From positions 2,304,508 through 2,368,507 of the forward strand of contig MU053588.1 of assembly GCA_013239625.1 (NCBI GenBank): 64,000 bases of DNA, in the 5' to 3' direction. Positions 36,440 to 47,401 of this stretch are shown piece after piece. A program made the position numbers and the translations under genes. Positions within the stretch are counted from its first letter, which is position 1. The number at the start of each line of letters is the position of its first letter. The stretch is from Lama guanicoe. Its lineage: Eukaryota. The notes beneath the pieces were generated by a model. The model was given only the letters and a program-made list of their open reading frames with translations, was not told where the DNA came from and made no database searches.

Positions 36440-39400
36440 AGGCCATACACAGCTTCTGTTCCAGCTTTCCAGATGGGACGGTGTCCCCAGCCATGCTGGT
36501 TGTCAGATGTGGGGAAAGAACTTCCCTGCGGGCCGCAACCACACAGCTCTCTAGGAAGCACCCAGAGTGTGTGTGTTTGTGTGTCTCTTTCATGCTTCTT
36601 TGGCACATTATCCTTCTCTGATTCCGTCACCATCTGTCTCTCACCTCTGCCCTGTCTCCTGTCTGTCCTTGCACTAATCAAGCAAAGGCATTTACTAAGT
36701 GTCCACTGTGTGCCAGGCATGATTCTAGGCCCTGTACAAAACAGCAACAGCCCCCACCCCTCAAAAAAAAATCCGGCCTCAAACAGAGTCCTTTATAGGG
36801 TTTTCTTTAGGCCTACTTCTTTCTGTCATTGTCACTGTTTCTACCTCTCCTGGTGACCTCAGCTTTCTCCTCTCTGGCATGAGTGAGGCAGGAAGAGAGC
36901 CCACTTCCCCTCCTTCTGTCTTCCATCTCCTGATGGAAATCAGTCCCTCCACCGCCAGCCAGAGCCCAGGGACCCCAGCTCTGCCTCTATTTGGGGCTCA
37001 GGTGTCCCTTTCCCCTAAATTTGTCTGGGACAAGGTTGGAGTTCACTCTAAACAAAGCCTTTATGGGGCTTCCCATCCTGAGGATGCAAATGCATGATCT
37101 AGTGCCCCCAGCTCCAGGCCTGGTCCCTTCCTTCCCTTATCCCACATTTCTTGAGTCTTTGCTCTATGCCGAGCTCTGCTGCATGAGGAGGAGGAGGGGC
37201 CTGGAGGGCTGTTCCCTCTGAGTCACACCTTCATTCCTTTGCGGTCATTAATTGCTCCTTTAATTCTATTGTTTATTCATTGATTTTTTAAATTGAAGTA
37301 GCATTGATTTACAGTGTTGCATTAGTTTTATACATTGATTCTTCGGCCAATTAAACACGTACTGAGTCCATGCTGTGTTCCAGCCTTGGTGGGGCGATGC
37401 TCAGAGAGCTCGCAGGCTCTCTAACAAGGGTGACTCAGAATGGTCAGGGCTGGGAGAAAGGAAGCACCAGCAGCTTGGGCAGGGCCTGGAGTGAGAGATG
37501 CAGGGGCCTGTGGGAGCCCTGGGGTCAGACAGGGTCAAGTCCTAGTCCCACCTCTGCCTCTCAACCTGTGAGATTCAGGGCAAGTGACTTCTCTCTCCAT
37601 GTGCCTCACCTCCCCTGGACCTTGGCCCAGCCCTGCCTGCAAGGGGCTCTCCTGGTCTGCATTTGGTACATGAGGCTCAGAGAAGGGAACAGACTTGCCG
37701 GAGGTCACAGCTGTTTTCTCACTCTCCCAGAGATGAGGGATCTTCCTCATCCCTAGGACTGATGCTTGACAAGTTGGCTGGTGAAGGCCTGGAGGGACTG
37801 AGTTCAGTTCAATTTCAGAGGCATTTCCTATTTCCTGGTTCCTGAGCAGAGTCTGGGCAGGAGGGAGTCCGTATCTTGCTTGTCTCTGGTCCTTCCTGTT
37901 CCTCCATTCAGCTCTGCTCTTGGTTCTCTCTGTGACTTGCTCCCTTTGCCTCCATCTCTCCGGACATCTGTATATGTCTATTTCCTTCTGCCTTTCTCTC
38001 TGCTTCTTCTACCTCCATCTGCATCCTCTGTCTTTTTTTCTACATCTCTCTCTCTCTCTTCGTCAGACATGTTACCTTAGTTTCTGCCCTCTTTCTCTCT
38101 GCCTCTCTATCTCTCTTGCTTTCTTTCATTCATCAGCTATGTATTGAGCACCTACTGTGTGCCAGCCCTTTATTCTAGGCATTGGAGATACAGCTGTGAA
38201 CAAAACCAACAAAAGTTCCTGTCCTCACAGAATGACATCCTAGTGGGGGAGACAGATGAGATAAATATGTAACATATACAGGTGTTAGACAGTTTTAAGT
38301 GCAAAGGAGAAAATTAAAGAAGGAAAGAAAGCCAGAAAGTGTTGGGGGGTGGTCAAGAGGGGGTCTCGCTAAGAAGGTGACATTTGAGTACACTTTGAGG
38401 GGAAGAGCATTCCAGGCAGAGGAAACAGCCCACACCAAGGCCCTGAGGTGAGAGTTGCTTGTTCAAGGCACAGCAAAGTGGGATGCCCCCCAGCCCTCTC
38501 CAACAGGCCTCTTGGGCACTTTGCCCTGCACTGTGGGCAGGAGGCCAGGCTGCCTGGGGCTGCAGTGCCGGCTGGCTCTGGGGTGGCAGGGCCTGAGTCC
38601 AGCCTGGCCAGTTCACTTAGGCCAAGGGCCTGCCCCTTCTTGCCTCCCGGTGGCTCCAGCCCCATCTAACCACACCCTCCTCTCATCCCTCTCTCCAGCT
38701 CTGTCACGGCCTTCTGTCTGTCTGGCAGTGTCTTTTACTGGTGGCATCTTGCCACTGCTCTGCCTGTCCCTTTCTAGGCTGTCCCTCCCCTGACTCTCTC
38801 TGTCACTTTCCCTTCCTCTGCTTCCTTCTCTCCTTGACTTCTGCTCTCTCTCTGGCACTACCCACGCTTCATTTCTTTCCTGTCTTCTCCTGTTCTCTCT
38901 ATCCCTGAGTCTCTCTCTCTTCATCTGTCTCTCCAAATCTCTCCCTCTGGAGGTCTCTGTTTCTCTGTCTCTGGCCTTGTGTCTGTGTGTTTCTGTTTCT
39001 CTCTCTAGGCCTTTGCATCTCTCTACCTCTCTGAATCTATCTGTCTCTCCTTCTTGACCTCTCTTACTCTCTAGGTGTTTCTGTTATCTCTGTCTCTAGG
39101 ATTGTATCCCTTTGTTACTCTGTGTCTAAGTGTATTTCTTTCTTTCCAGATATCTGTCTGTCTCTATTCCTCTCTCTCCCATTCTCTCTCCCTCTCTCTC
39201 CCTCCCTCTTCCTCTCCCTCTCTTTCCCTCTCCCCACCTCCCCCAGTCTCCCTCTCCCAGCTCTGTCCGTGGCTCTGCCCCTACTGATGTTTCTTTGCCT
39301 CTCCTCCCATCCCCACCTTGCTTTCCCCTCTTCCTCGCTGGTACATATGCCCCAGATTCCTAGTCCTGCCAAGCCCGATGCCCCCACAGCCCTACTGCCA

Positions 39401-39449
39401 GTGCCCCCATACCCAGGCTTCCCCCCAACTCCTATCTCCCCATCCCCAG

Positions 39450-39540
39450 GAGCCAAGAAAACCAGCTACGGGCCCAGCAATGGATGCAGAAGCTACACGA
39501 CCAACTTGGGCTGCAGCACTTCCTCCGGGACTGCCACGAG
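39450..39540 (+). CDS. SPTBN4: BetaIV-spectrin exon 18
   Basis: SQENQLRAQQWMQKLHDQLGLQHFLRDCHE; ag/gt boundaries. Confidence 0.95.
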
Positions 39541-39663
39541 GTAGGAATTCCAGCTGTGCTGAGCACAGGGACTTCTTTCCTAGGGAGGGAAGTGCTCCAA
39601 GACAGAGGCGCGGTGGGGGCGGGGACGCCCCGTCTAAGTGGGTCGCGGAGCGATGTTCACTTC

Positions 39664-39682
39664 GTGCCGCCAGGAGGCGCGC
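39664..39682 (+). promoter_or_regulatory. CTCF-like motif
   Basis: GTGCCGCCAGGAGGCGCGC fits the CCRCCAGGDGGCGC core and sits in a CpG-retaining patch. Confidence 0.55.
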
Positions 39683-40829
39683 GGATCCTGGCCTTAGTGC
39701 GCATGCCCCTCAAGTCTCTCTCCTCCGCCCACGCGGGCAGCGGGGAAGGAGGGAGGGACCTTGGTCGCCCCTGGCAACGGAGCCCGTCCACTCCTACGGG
39801 TCCCGCGGGGACGCGCGGTGATCTCACCTTTCCCTCAGGAGATTCGTGAGAAGCGCCCTGCTGTGGGGAAGGACCCGAGACACGAGAGCTGGGGGGAGGT
39901 GTGGGTGGTGGTACCAGCAGCCCAGAGCGCAGCTTCAGTCAGAGATGGTCCAGGACCAAGCCTTCGCCCTTTAAGTGTCTAGAAATCAAGCTCTGCCCTT
40001 TAAGAGATGATCTACACACCTATAAGGATCACCCCAAATCAGAAGTGATCCAGGTCCCCTTTTCCACTAGAGACGGTTCGGGAGACACATTGCTTCTCTC
40101 TCCTTCCCCTGCATTCCCTAGAAACTGTACTGGATCCTGACCACATAAGAGATGGCCCTATGAGAGATGACCCAGTAAATATTTTCCTAACCCAAACAGA
40201 GATGGTCCCGGCCTCATCTAGTTACCTGACCTAGGATCATTAGCACCCCCTCCACGATGATACAGTACTTAAGTTTACCCCAACCAAAGATGGTTCAGGA
40301 ACCAGGCCCCAATCCCCCCAATTAAAGATGATTTGATTCCCTCCATGTGAACACCCATGATAGATTGTGTTCCCCACACATGAAATGGACAAGGGCTTCC
40401 ATACCCCGCCCCACCCCCAATAACTCAAGCCCATTAGAGATGGGTCTGGGACTCTAGCCTACTAGAGGTGAGTTCAGGAATCCCCGTCCCCGTCCTTTCC
40501 ACTGGAGATTATTCTGGACTGAAGTCTTATAGGAGATGTTCCAGGCCCCCTCCAGTATTTCCTATATAGCTGAGGTAGCCAGAAATCTGAGCCCTTTCCC
40601 AATAGAGATGGTTCAGGTGCCTACCCCACCCAGCCCCCTCACGTAGCGGAGGCAGCCCAGGCCCCGGCCTCCCTCTACCCCTAGCCGTTCGATTTGGCCC
40701 AGGAACCCCTTCTGCCTCTCGTTAGATTGTTCTGGACCAAGCAGCAATCGTCTGAGATGGCCCACAACAACCCCCCACCCCCAACTCCGCCATGCTTTAG
40801 GGAGGGTAGTGATTCTTTCTCTACCCGCA

Positions 40830-41280
40830 TCGAGGGCCCGGCAGGGAGGCGGGCACGGAGGCAGGCAGGGGGCGGGCGCGGGCGGGCGCGCGGCCGGGGC
40901 GCGGGGGTGGGGGCGGGGGCGCGCGTCCGCCGGAGCCTCAGCCGTCACCACCGCTGCCGCCGCCGTCGCAGTGGAGGGGCAAGAGCCCTCCCGCCCGCCA
41001 CAGGGACGCCCTGCCAACGCCTCTGACACTTCAGGTCTCAGGGGCGCCTAGGGGAGGGGGCTGATGCGCGCCCCCGCCGAGGCAGGCGGGGGAGGGGGCT
41101 TGGGCGCGTGCTCGCCGACCCGCCGCGGGAGGGAGGGGCGCTGGCGGCGCGAGGGCGGGTGGACCAGGAGCAGGGACCCCAGCCCTGGGGAGGGGCCCAG
41201 ACTCCGGGAGCTGTCCGCGGTGCTGCTGCGGGCGGGACTGAGGGGCCAGGTCCCAAGGGACCGTGGCGAAAAAGGGGGCA
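40830..41280 (+). promoter_or_regulatory. SPTBN4: Internal CpG-island promoter and candidate alternative first exon for short betaIV isoforms (sigma5/sigma6 type)
   Basis: Non-coding CpG island with GC boxes in intron 18; candidate donor CAG|gtctca at 41034/41035; in-frame AAGATG at 43388 in the next exon. Confidence 0.7.
41207..41227 (-). promoter_or_regulatory. RE1/NRSE (REST-binding) element
   Basis: Plus strand GGAGCTGTCCGCGGTGCTGCT versus consensus GGCGCTGTCCGTGGTGCTGAA: 17/21 identical, with both core half-sites and canonical spacing intact. Confidence 0.7.
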
Positions 41281-41896
41281 CTTCTAAGGCTACTCCTGTG
41301 GTAGTGTGGATTTGCCCTGGAGGTTAAGGGGGTCTCAACCTCTCTAGGAGGCTCTCTCAGATCCCCCTCTGGGTAATGGGGGATCTGAGATTTGCCCTGG
41401 GGTTGGGGGACTCTCAACCTTTGGAGCCGTCCTTTCCTAATTCTTGTGGAATCTGTCAGCCTTAGATGGTGGGGGCGAATCACTTTTGCGGGGGTCTACC
41501 TTGGGCGATAAGGGTCTTGGATTTGGTCTGGGTTTGGGAGGCTCTGACTTTTGAAGGCTTTTTCCTGGGTTATTGGGAACTCTGGCTTTGCCCTCAGTGT
41601 TAGGGCTCAGTCACTTTTGGGGGGCTTTACCTTGATGACGGAGTACCTCTCCTACAGGGGCTTTGCTTTCCCTGTGAGCTGTGGCTGCCATTAGCGAACT
41701 CTTCCCGGCTTGTTGGGAACCTGTGAATTGCGTTGGGGGATTCAGCATTTGACTTGGCTCTAGTGGTGTGTGTGTGTGTATGAGGGAGTCTGAAGCTGTC
41801 CTGGCCCCCTGGGGAGCGCATGCTCAGGGGACACGGAGCGGGTTTGGCCAGCTGGGGATTTGTCCTTGGCTATGACTGCAAGCTAGAGTCCGTGTT

Positions 41897-42274
41897 NNNN
41901 NNNNNNNNNNNNNNNNNNNNNNNNNNNNNNNNNNNNNNNNNNNNNNNNNNNNNNNNNNNNNNNNNNNNNNNNNNNNNNNNNNNNNNNNNNNNNNNNNNNN
42001 NNNNNNNNNNNNNNNNNNNNNNNNNNNNNNNNNNNNNNNNNNNNNNNNNNNNNNNNNNNNNNNNNNNNNNNNNNNNNNNNNNNNNNNNNNNNNNNNNNNN
42101 NNNNNNNNNNNNNNNNNNNNNNNNNNNNNNNNNNNNNNNNNNNNNNNNNNNNNNNNNNNNNNNNNNNNNNNNNNNNNNNNNNNNNNNNNNNNNNNNNNNN
42201 NNNNNNNNNNNNNNNNNNNNNNNNNNNNNNNNNNNNNNNNNNNNNNNNNNNNNNNNNNNNNNNNNNNNNNNNNN
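41897..42274. other. Assembly gap (378 N)
   Basis: Run of N. Confidence 1.
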
Positions 42275-43363
42275 TGGGGTTGGGGGGGGGGAGAAGGGGA
42301 AGAAGCAAACTGTCCCAGGTGCCAGGTTTGGTCATGAGTGGGGAGGTTCCAGTTTAGGAGACAAGTCTTACTGGGAGGGGGATGGTGGCTCAGAAAGCAG
42401 CAGTGTGATTGGTCCTGCTGAAGGTAGTGAGAGGGGCCCACTATTGGTACTTACATTTTGAATGACTGGTTTTGTTGGTGAATGGGGGGACTAGAACTGA
42501 CTTTAGTTTGGGACAGGGGGCTGACTTGACGGGGATTCTATCTAGTCCGTGCTGGGGAGTCTGGTGCTAGATTTGAGGCTAGGTTCATTTGGGGAGCAAG
42601 AGGGTAGCCCTGATGCTTGCATTTGGAGGGCCGCCTTTGAGGGCTAGAACTGGTCATGGTTTAGGGGAACTGTGGTCTTGGGCTGGATCTTCAATGCTGG
42701 ATTTGGGGAGTCCTGTGGGCTCATTAGGGAGGCTGGACCTGGGTTGTGGGGGATAGGTCTACCGCAGATTGAAGAGATGGTTTGGAAGGAACTAGACTTG
42801 GCGTTAGTTAAGAGGTTTTTTTTAGAGGTTCATTTGGCCATATTGGGGGCCTGGGGTTAGATATGGGGGCTTCACTTGATACATTTGGGAATGGGTTAGG
42901 GATCTGGAATTGGTCTTTATTGGAAGTGGCTGAGACTGAATGAAAGGATCTAAGTGTTGCCATGGTGGGAGAGCATGGTTGAACTGGAAGACAGCTAAAT
43001 TCTAAATTGGAGGGCTTGTTTTGGAGGGTTGATTTGGCTGTGGGCAGGAGGGGGCTGACTGGCCCAGGAACCCTGCCTTGGGGCTTAAAGCTTATGAGGA
43101 GTTGAAAAGGGCTGTCCTGCGGATAGAGGGACTAAGGGATGAGGCATTCTAGTGGCTCATCCATCCATCCTCCACCCCTTAGGAAAGGGCTTGAGCATGC
43201 CCCCATAAGGCCTCACTTGAAAAGGTCTTTCCATCCTACCTTGCTCTCCTTCCGAAATCCCAGAAACCTAGGCCCTGAACCTGGGACATCACAGAGTGGG
43301 TGGGGATGGGGGTCTATGCCAGGTTGGGGGAATTGGCCAAGCCCCTCCCCTTGTCCTGAACAG

Positions 43364-43510
43364 CTGGATGGCTGGATCCATGAGAAGATGCTGATGGCGC
43401 GGGATAGCACGCGGGAAGATGGCCACAAGCTGCATAAGCGATGGCTCCGGCACCAGGCATTCATGGCCGAGCTAGCTCAGAATAAGGAGTGGCTGGAGAA
43501 GATCGAGAGG
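43364..43510 (+). CDS. SPTBN4: BetaIV-spectrin exon 19
   Basis: LDGWIHEKMLMARDSTREDGHKLHKRWLRHQAFMAELAQNKEWLEKIER; ag/gt boundaries. Confidence 0.96.
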
Positions 43511-44790
43511 GTGAGGATGCAGAAGACCCAGGCCCATGCTGACAGGTGTAGATACAATGAGAACCCAAGGTTGTAGGAACCCAAAGTTCCTACCTGCCAG
43601 GCCCATGCTAGGTGCCTCCAGGAAACCCACGTCTCACCTCCTTCACCCTCCACTGCCAACCTGCTATTCTCATACCTCTGAACTGCTTCAAATCATTTCC
43701 ACATCCGCTTTTAGCTATGTGGCCTTGAGCAATTCATGTAACCTCTTGGAGCCTCAGTTTGCCCATCTGTAAAATGGCCAACATGTCTTCTGGAGAGTTA
43801 AATATTTCACCCTTTCCTATAACCTCCTGCACCAGGTTTCCTTCCACATCATTTGGAGTATCTAAAAGGGAAAGTCAGGTAGACAGGCTGCAGCAGCCCT
43901 GGGAAGCTTGGGTTCAAGTGAACTTTGGATTCCTACAATCTTGGGTTCTCATTGTATCTATGCCTGTTGGCATCTCTGGGGCCTTGGGGGGATTGTATTA
44001 ACTTCTTTGAGCCTCAGTTTGCTCTACTTTAAAATTAAGAGAATAATAAATACAACTACTTCCCTGGGCTCTTGTGCACATAAAGTGCTTAACACAAGGC
44101 CAGGCACCTAGGAGCTAGAATTGCTATGGTATTGTTATTTTTAATGTGGCTCTAGCTTGACTTCAGTCTTGGAGGGACCTGAGCAGATATTTGCGCCAAG
44201 CATCAACCCCCCTACTGCCCCCAAGACCTGCAGCCCCAGAGCCCCCCCACCCCGACCCCACACTCTTCTGACTCAAACGGAGATACCCAGATGGGCCTTA
44301 AACCCTCAAATGCCACTGACAGCCCATAAATGGTGGCATAGTTATGGGGGCTTCATTTGACAGCTTTAGGGGCAAAGCCACTCTTCTCAACTTTGACTTT
44401 AATGAAGGTTTGTGCTCTCTGCCTTTCTCTCTGTCTCTTTCTTCCATCTCGATCTGTCTCTCCCCTTCTCTTTCTTATGGCCTTCTTCCCATGTTTCTGA
44501 CTCTGTTCCTGTCTCTGGGTCCCTCACTCTATGGCTGTCTGTCTCTCCCTGTCTCCTTGCCATGCCTCTGCTTATGTCTCTCTGCCTGTCTCTCCTCATC
44601 TCTCTCCCCATGCCTTGGTGTGTCCTCTGCATCCACACCTCATGTCTCTGTCTCTCTGTGTCTCCAACTCCTCACCTCTGTCTCTCTCTCCACATCCCTA
44701 CCCCTGTGTTCTGTTGCCCCCATATTTCTCTGTCCCTCCCCACCATTTACTCCCTCCCCCTCATTTCCTGCCTTCCATCGTCTGGGGCAG

Positions 44791-45054
44791 GAGGGCCAGC
44801 AACTGATGCAGGAGAAACCAGAGCTGGCGCCCTCAGTACGGAAGAAGCTGGGGGAGATCCGGCAGTGCTGGGCGGAGCTGGAGAGCACCACCCAGGCCAA
44901 GGCGAGGCAGCTCTTTGAGGCCAGCAAGGCCGACCAGTTGGTGCAAAGCTTCGCTGAACTGGACAAGAAGCTCCTTCACATGGAAAGCCAGCTGCAAGAC
45001 GTGGACCCTGGTGGGGACCTGGCCACTGTCAACAGCCAGCTCAAGAAGCTGCAG
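44791..45054 (+). CDS. SPTBN4: BetaIV-spectrin exon 20
   Basis: EGQQLMQEKPEL...LATVNSQLKKLQ; ag/gt boundaries. Confidence 0.96.
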
Positions 45055-46171
45055 GTATGGCCTGGCTGATGTGGATGGGGGCTTTTTAGCCACAGTGGGG
45101 CCTGAGTCATGGTCAGACTCCACTCAAGTTACTACAAACAGAGGGTATTAAAGATAGGGGTTTATTTCAAAGGTGTTAGATGGACTGGAAGCAGAAAGGG
45201 GATACTGAGGCAGTCCAGCTAGTAGTCACTGTTGGAAGCAGTCACTACCCCTAGGGCCTGAGAACAAAGTGGAGAGGAAGGCTTTAGAGCCAAGAAACAG
45301 TATGGAGATAACCAGCACACTGAGGATTTCCCGGGACCCTGACACCTGCTCCTGGATAGAGAAACCAAGGCCCAGAGTAGGGCAATGGCTTTGCACAGAA
45401 CAATCATAACATTCACAGAGCACTTCCTCTACCAGCCTCAGTGCCCAGCTCTCACCTACTCCTCCCAGCAACTCTAAGAGAGGGGTACTCCTACTATCAT
45501 CCCCCATTTGACCAGTGGGGAAACTGAGGCACAGAAGTTAGAAGGTAGAACACCTGGCCCAAGGGCTCACAGCCAGCCAGTTTCTCCCTTATGAAACAGC
45601 GGCTCATAGAGGACAGATCCAGGATCTGCTTTATCTCTGCTCCTGGCCTGGCAGCCAGTTGATGCTCAGTATCTGGCTGTTTGATGCACTGACTGGAGGT
45701 GCGAATCTAGGTGTTGCATCTCACCTCCAGGATGTGACAGCTCCCGCCTGGACGTCCCAGGAATAAGGCCTGAGGCTCTTGGAGGTGAACTTACCAGCCC
45801 AGGGTAGCAAGTGGCAGAGCCTGCATTTAAATCCAGGTCCCTCGTCTCTTCCCTGCTCCTTTTGATAACCTCCTGCATAGTTATGCTCCTAAAGTACTTG
45901 ATGTAGTGTCCGGGGGTCAGGGAGGGAAAGTCAAGGGATAAAAATGTATATGACATTCATTAGTATTTATTCATTTATCTAGACAGCAATTCTCTATTGA
46001 ACGCCTATGCCAATGTGCCAGGTGCTTTTTGGGAATACAGCAGTGGGCAAAACTGACAAAAAAAATCATGGCTCCCAGGAGGCTCACATTCTGGTGGGGG
46101 AGACGGGCAAAGAAGCAAAGAGAGAAACAGATCTGAATAGGATGCCAGGGACGTCACTGCTTTATATACCC

Positions 46172-46680
46172 CAGTGGTTCTCCACTGCCTTGGTCTCCAG
46201 GATCCCTTTACCTCTAACAAATTGTTGAGATCCCCAAAGGGCTTGTTTGTGTGGATTATATCTATTAAAACTGTATTAAAAATGAAAACCGAGACATATT
46301 TAAGTGATTGATTTGTTTTAAAACAATAATAAATCAATTGCATATTAACCCCGAAGCATTCTTTTATGAAGAATAATTATATTTTCCAACAAAAAGTGTA
46401 GACAGAAGATTGGCATCATTTTCAGTGTTGCAGCTCCCTTTCACGTCTGGCTTAAGAGAGCACTGGATTCTCACGTCCGCTTCTGTATTCAGTCTCTTGC
46501 AATAGCACGTTATGGGGTCCCTGCAAAATCCCACTATGCACTTGGGAGACAGTGAGAGTGATTAAGGCAAATAACCATTAACATTTTTTTTTTTAAAACG
46601 AGAGTTGAAACCTTGCAGACCTCTTGGAAAAAATCCTGGGAATTTCAAGGAGTCCCCAGATTGCACTTTGAGAACCGCTG
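46172..46680. mobile_element. hAT-Charlie DNA transposon (non-autonomous)
   Basis: Terminal inverted repeats CAGTGGTTCTC and GAGAACCGCTG. Confidence 0.7.
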
Positions 46681-47358
46681 ATATGTGCTCTGTGCTGGCC
46701 ACTGAACCCTATCTCTCCTTCCCAGCAGCCCTACAAGGGAAGTGCTATGGTTACCCTCACTGCATATATGAGGAGACCACAGTACAGAGAGGGTCCATGG
46801 CTCACCCAAAGTCACACAGCCACCAAGTGGCCATTCAGGACCACATTTAGTTCCCATCCCATCTCTTCCCTTGATACTCTCAGGCCACAGTGGGGAAGAT
46901 GACCCTCTCACTGGCCTCTGAAAAATCAATCACTATCTGAGGTCCAGACCTCATTGGCTGAGCAGGCAGTGGTCACATAGGGTGACTCGGCCCCAAGTCT
47001 GCTCTGAGGGATCGCCCAGAATGTCGGCAGAGACAAGTGGTGGTCTGGACAGTCAGACAGAGGAGGGAGCAAGCAGTACAAGCAGCTAGGGGCCAGTGAC
47101 AGAGACTTGGTTAGAGGAGGCAGACAGACTTGGGTTCAAATCACAGTCAGGGCACAAGTTCAGTCCCTCTCTGAGCCTCTGTCTGCCCGTCTTAAGTAGG
47201 GTGAAATCCTTGTGGGCCTCCCAGGTGAAGCTGTGCACTGAGATGTGGTGAATTCCCAACGAATGGGAATCTGTGACCGTCAGGGTCCCAGCCGGAAACA
47301 GAAGGCACTGTCCGCCGAGGATGATTTGAGGAGGGCGTTATCAAGAGTCTTCACAAGG

Positions 47359-47401
47359 CGGGGAGGGTATAGGTCAATGGTAGAGTGCGGGCTTAGCATG
47401 C
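47359..47401 (+). mobile_element. Truncated 5' part of the tRNA-derived SINE
   Basis: gggggagggtataggtcaatggtagagtgcgggcttagcatgc, with no B box or tail. Confidence 0.6.

Noticed and set aside
41820..42461. ORFs of 150-213 aa
   Set aside because: Artefacts of translating through the N gap.
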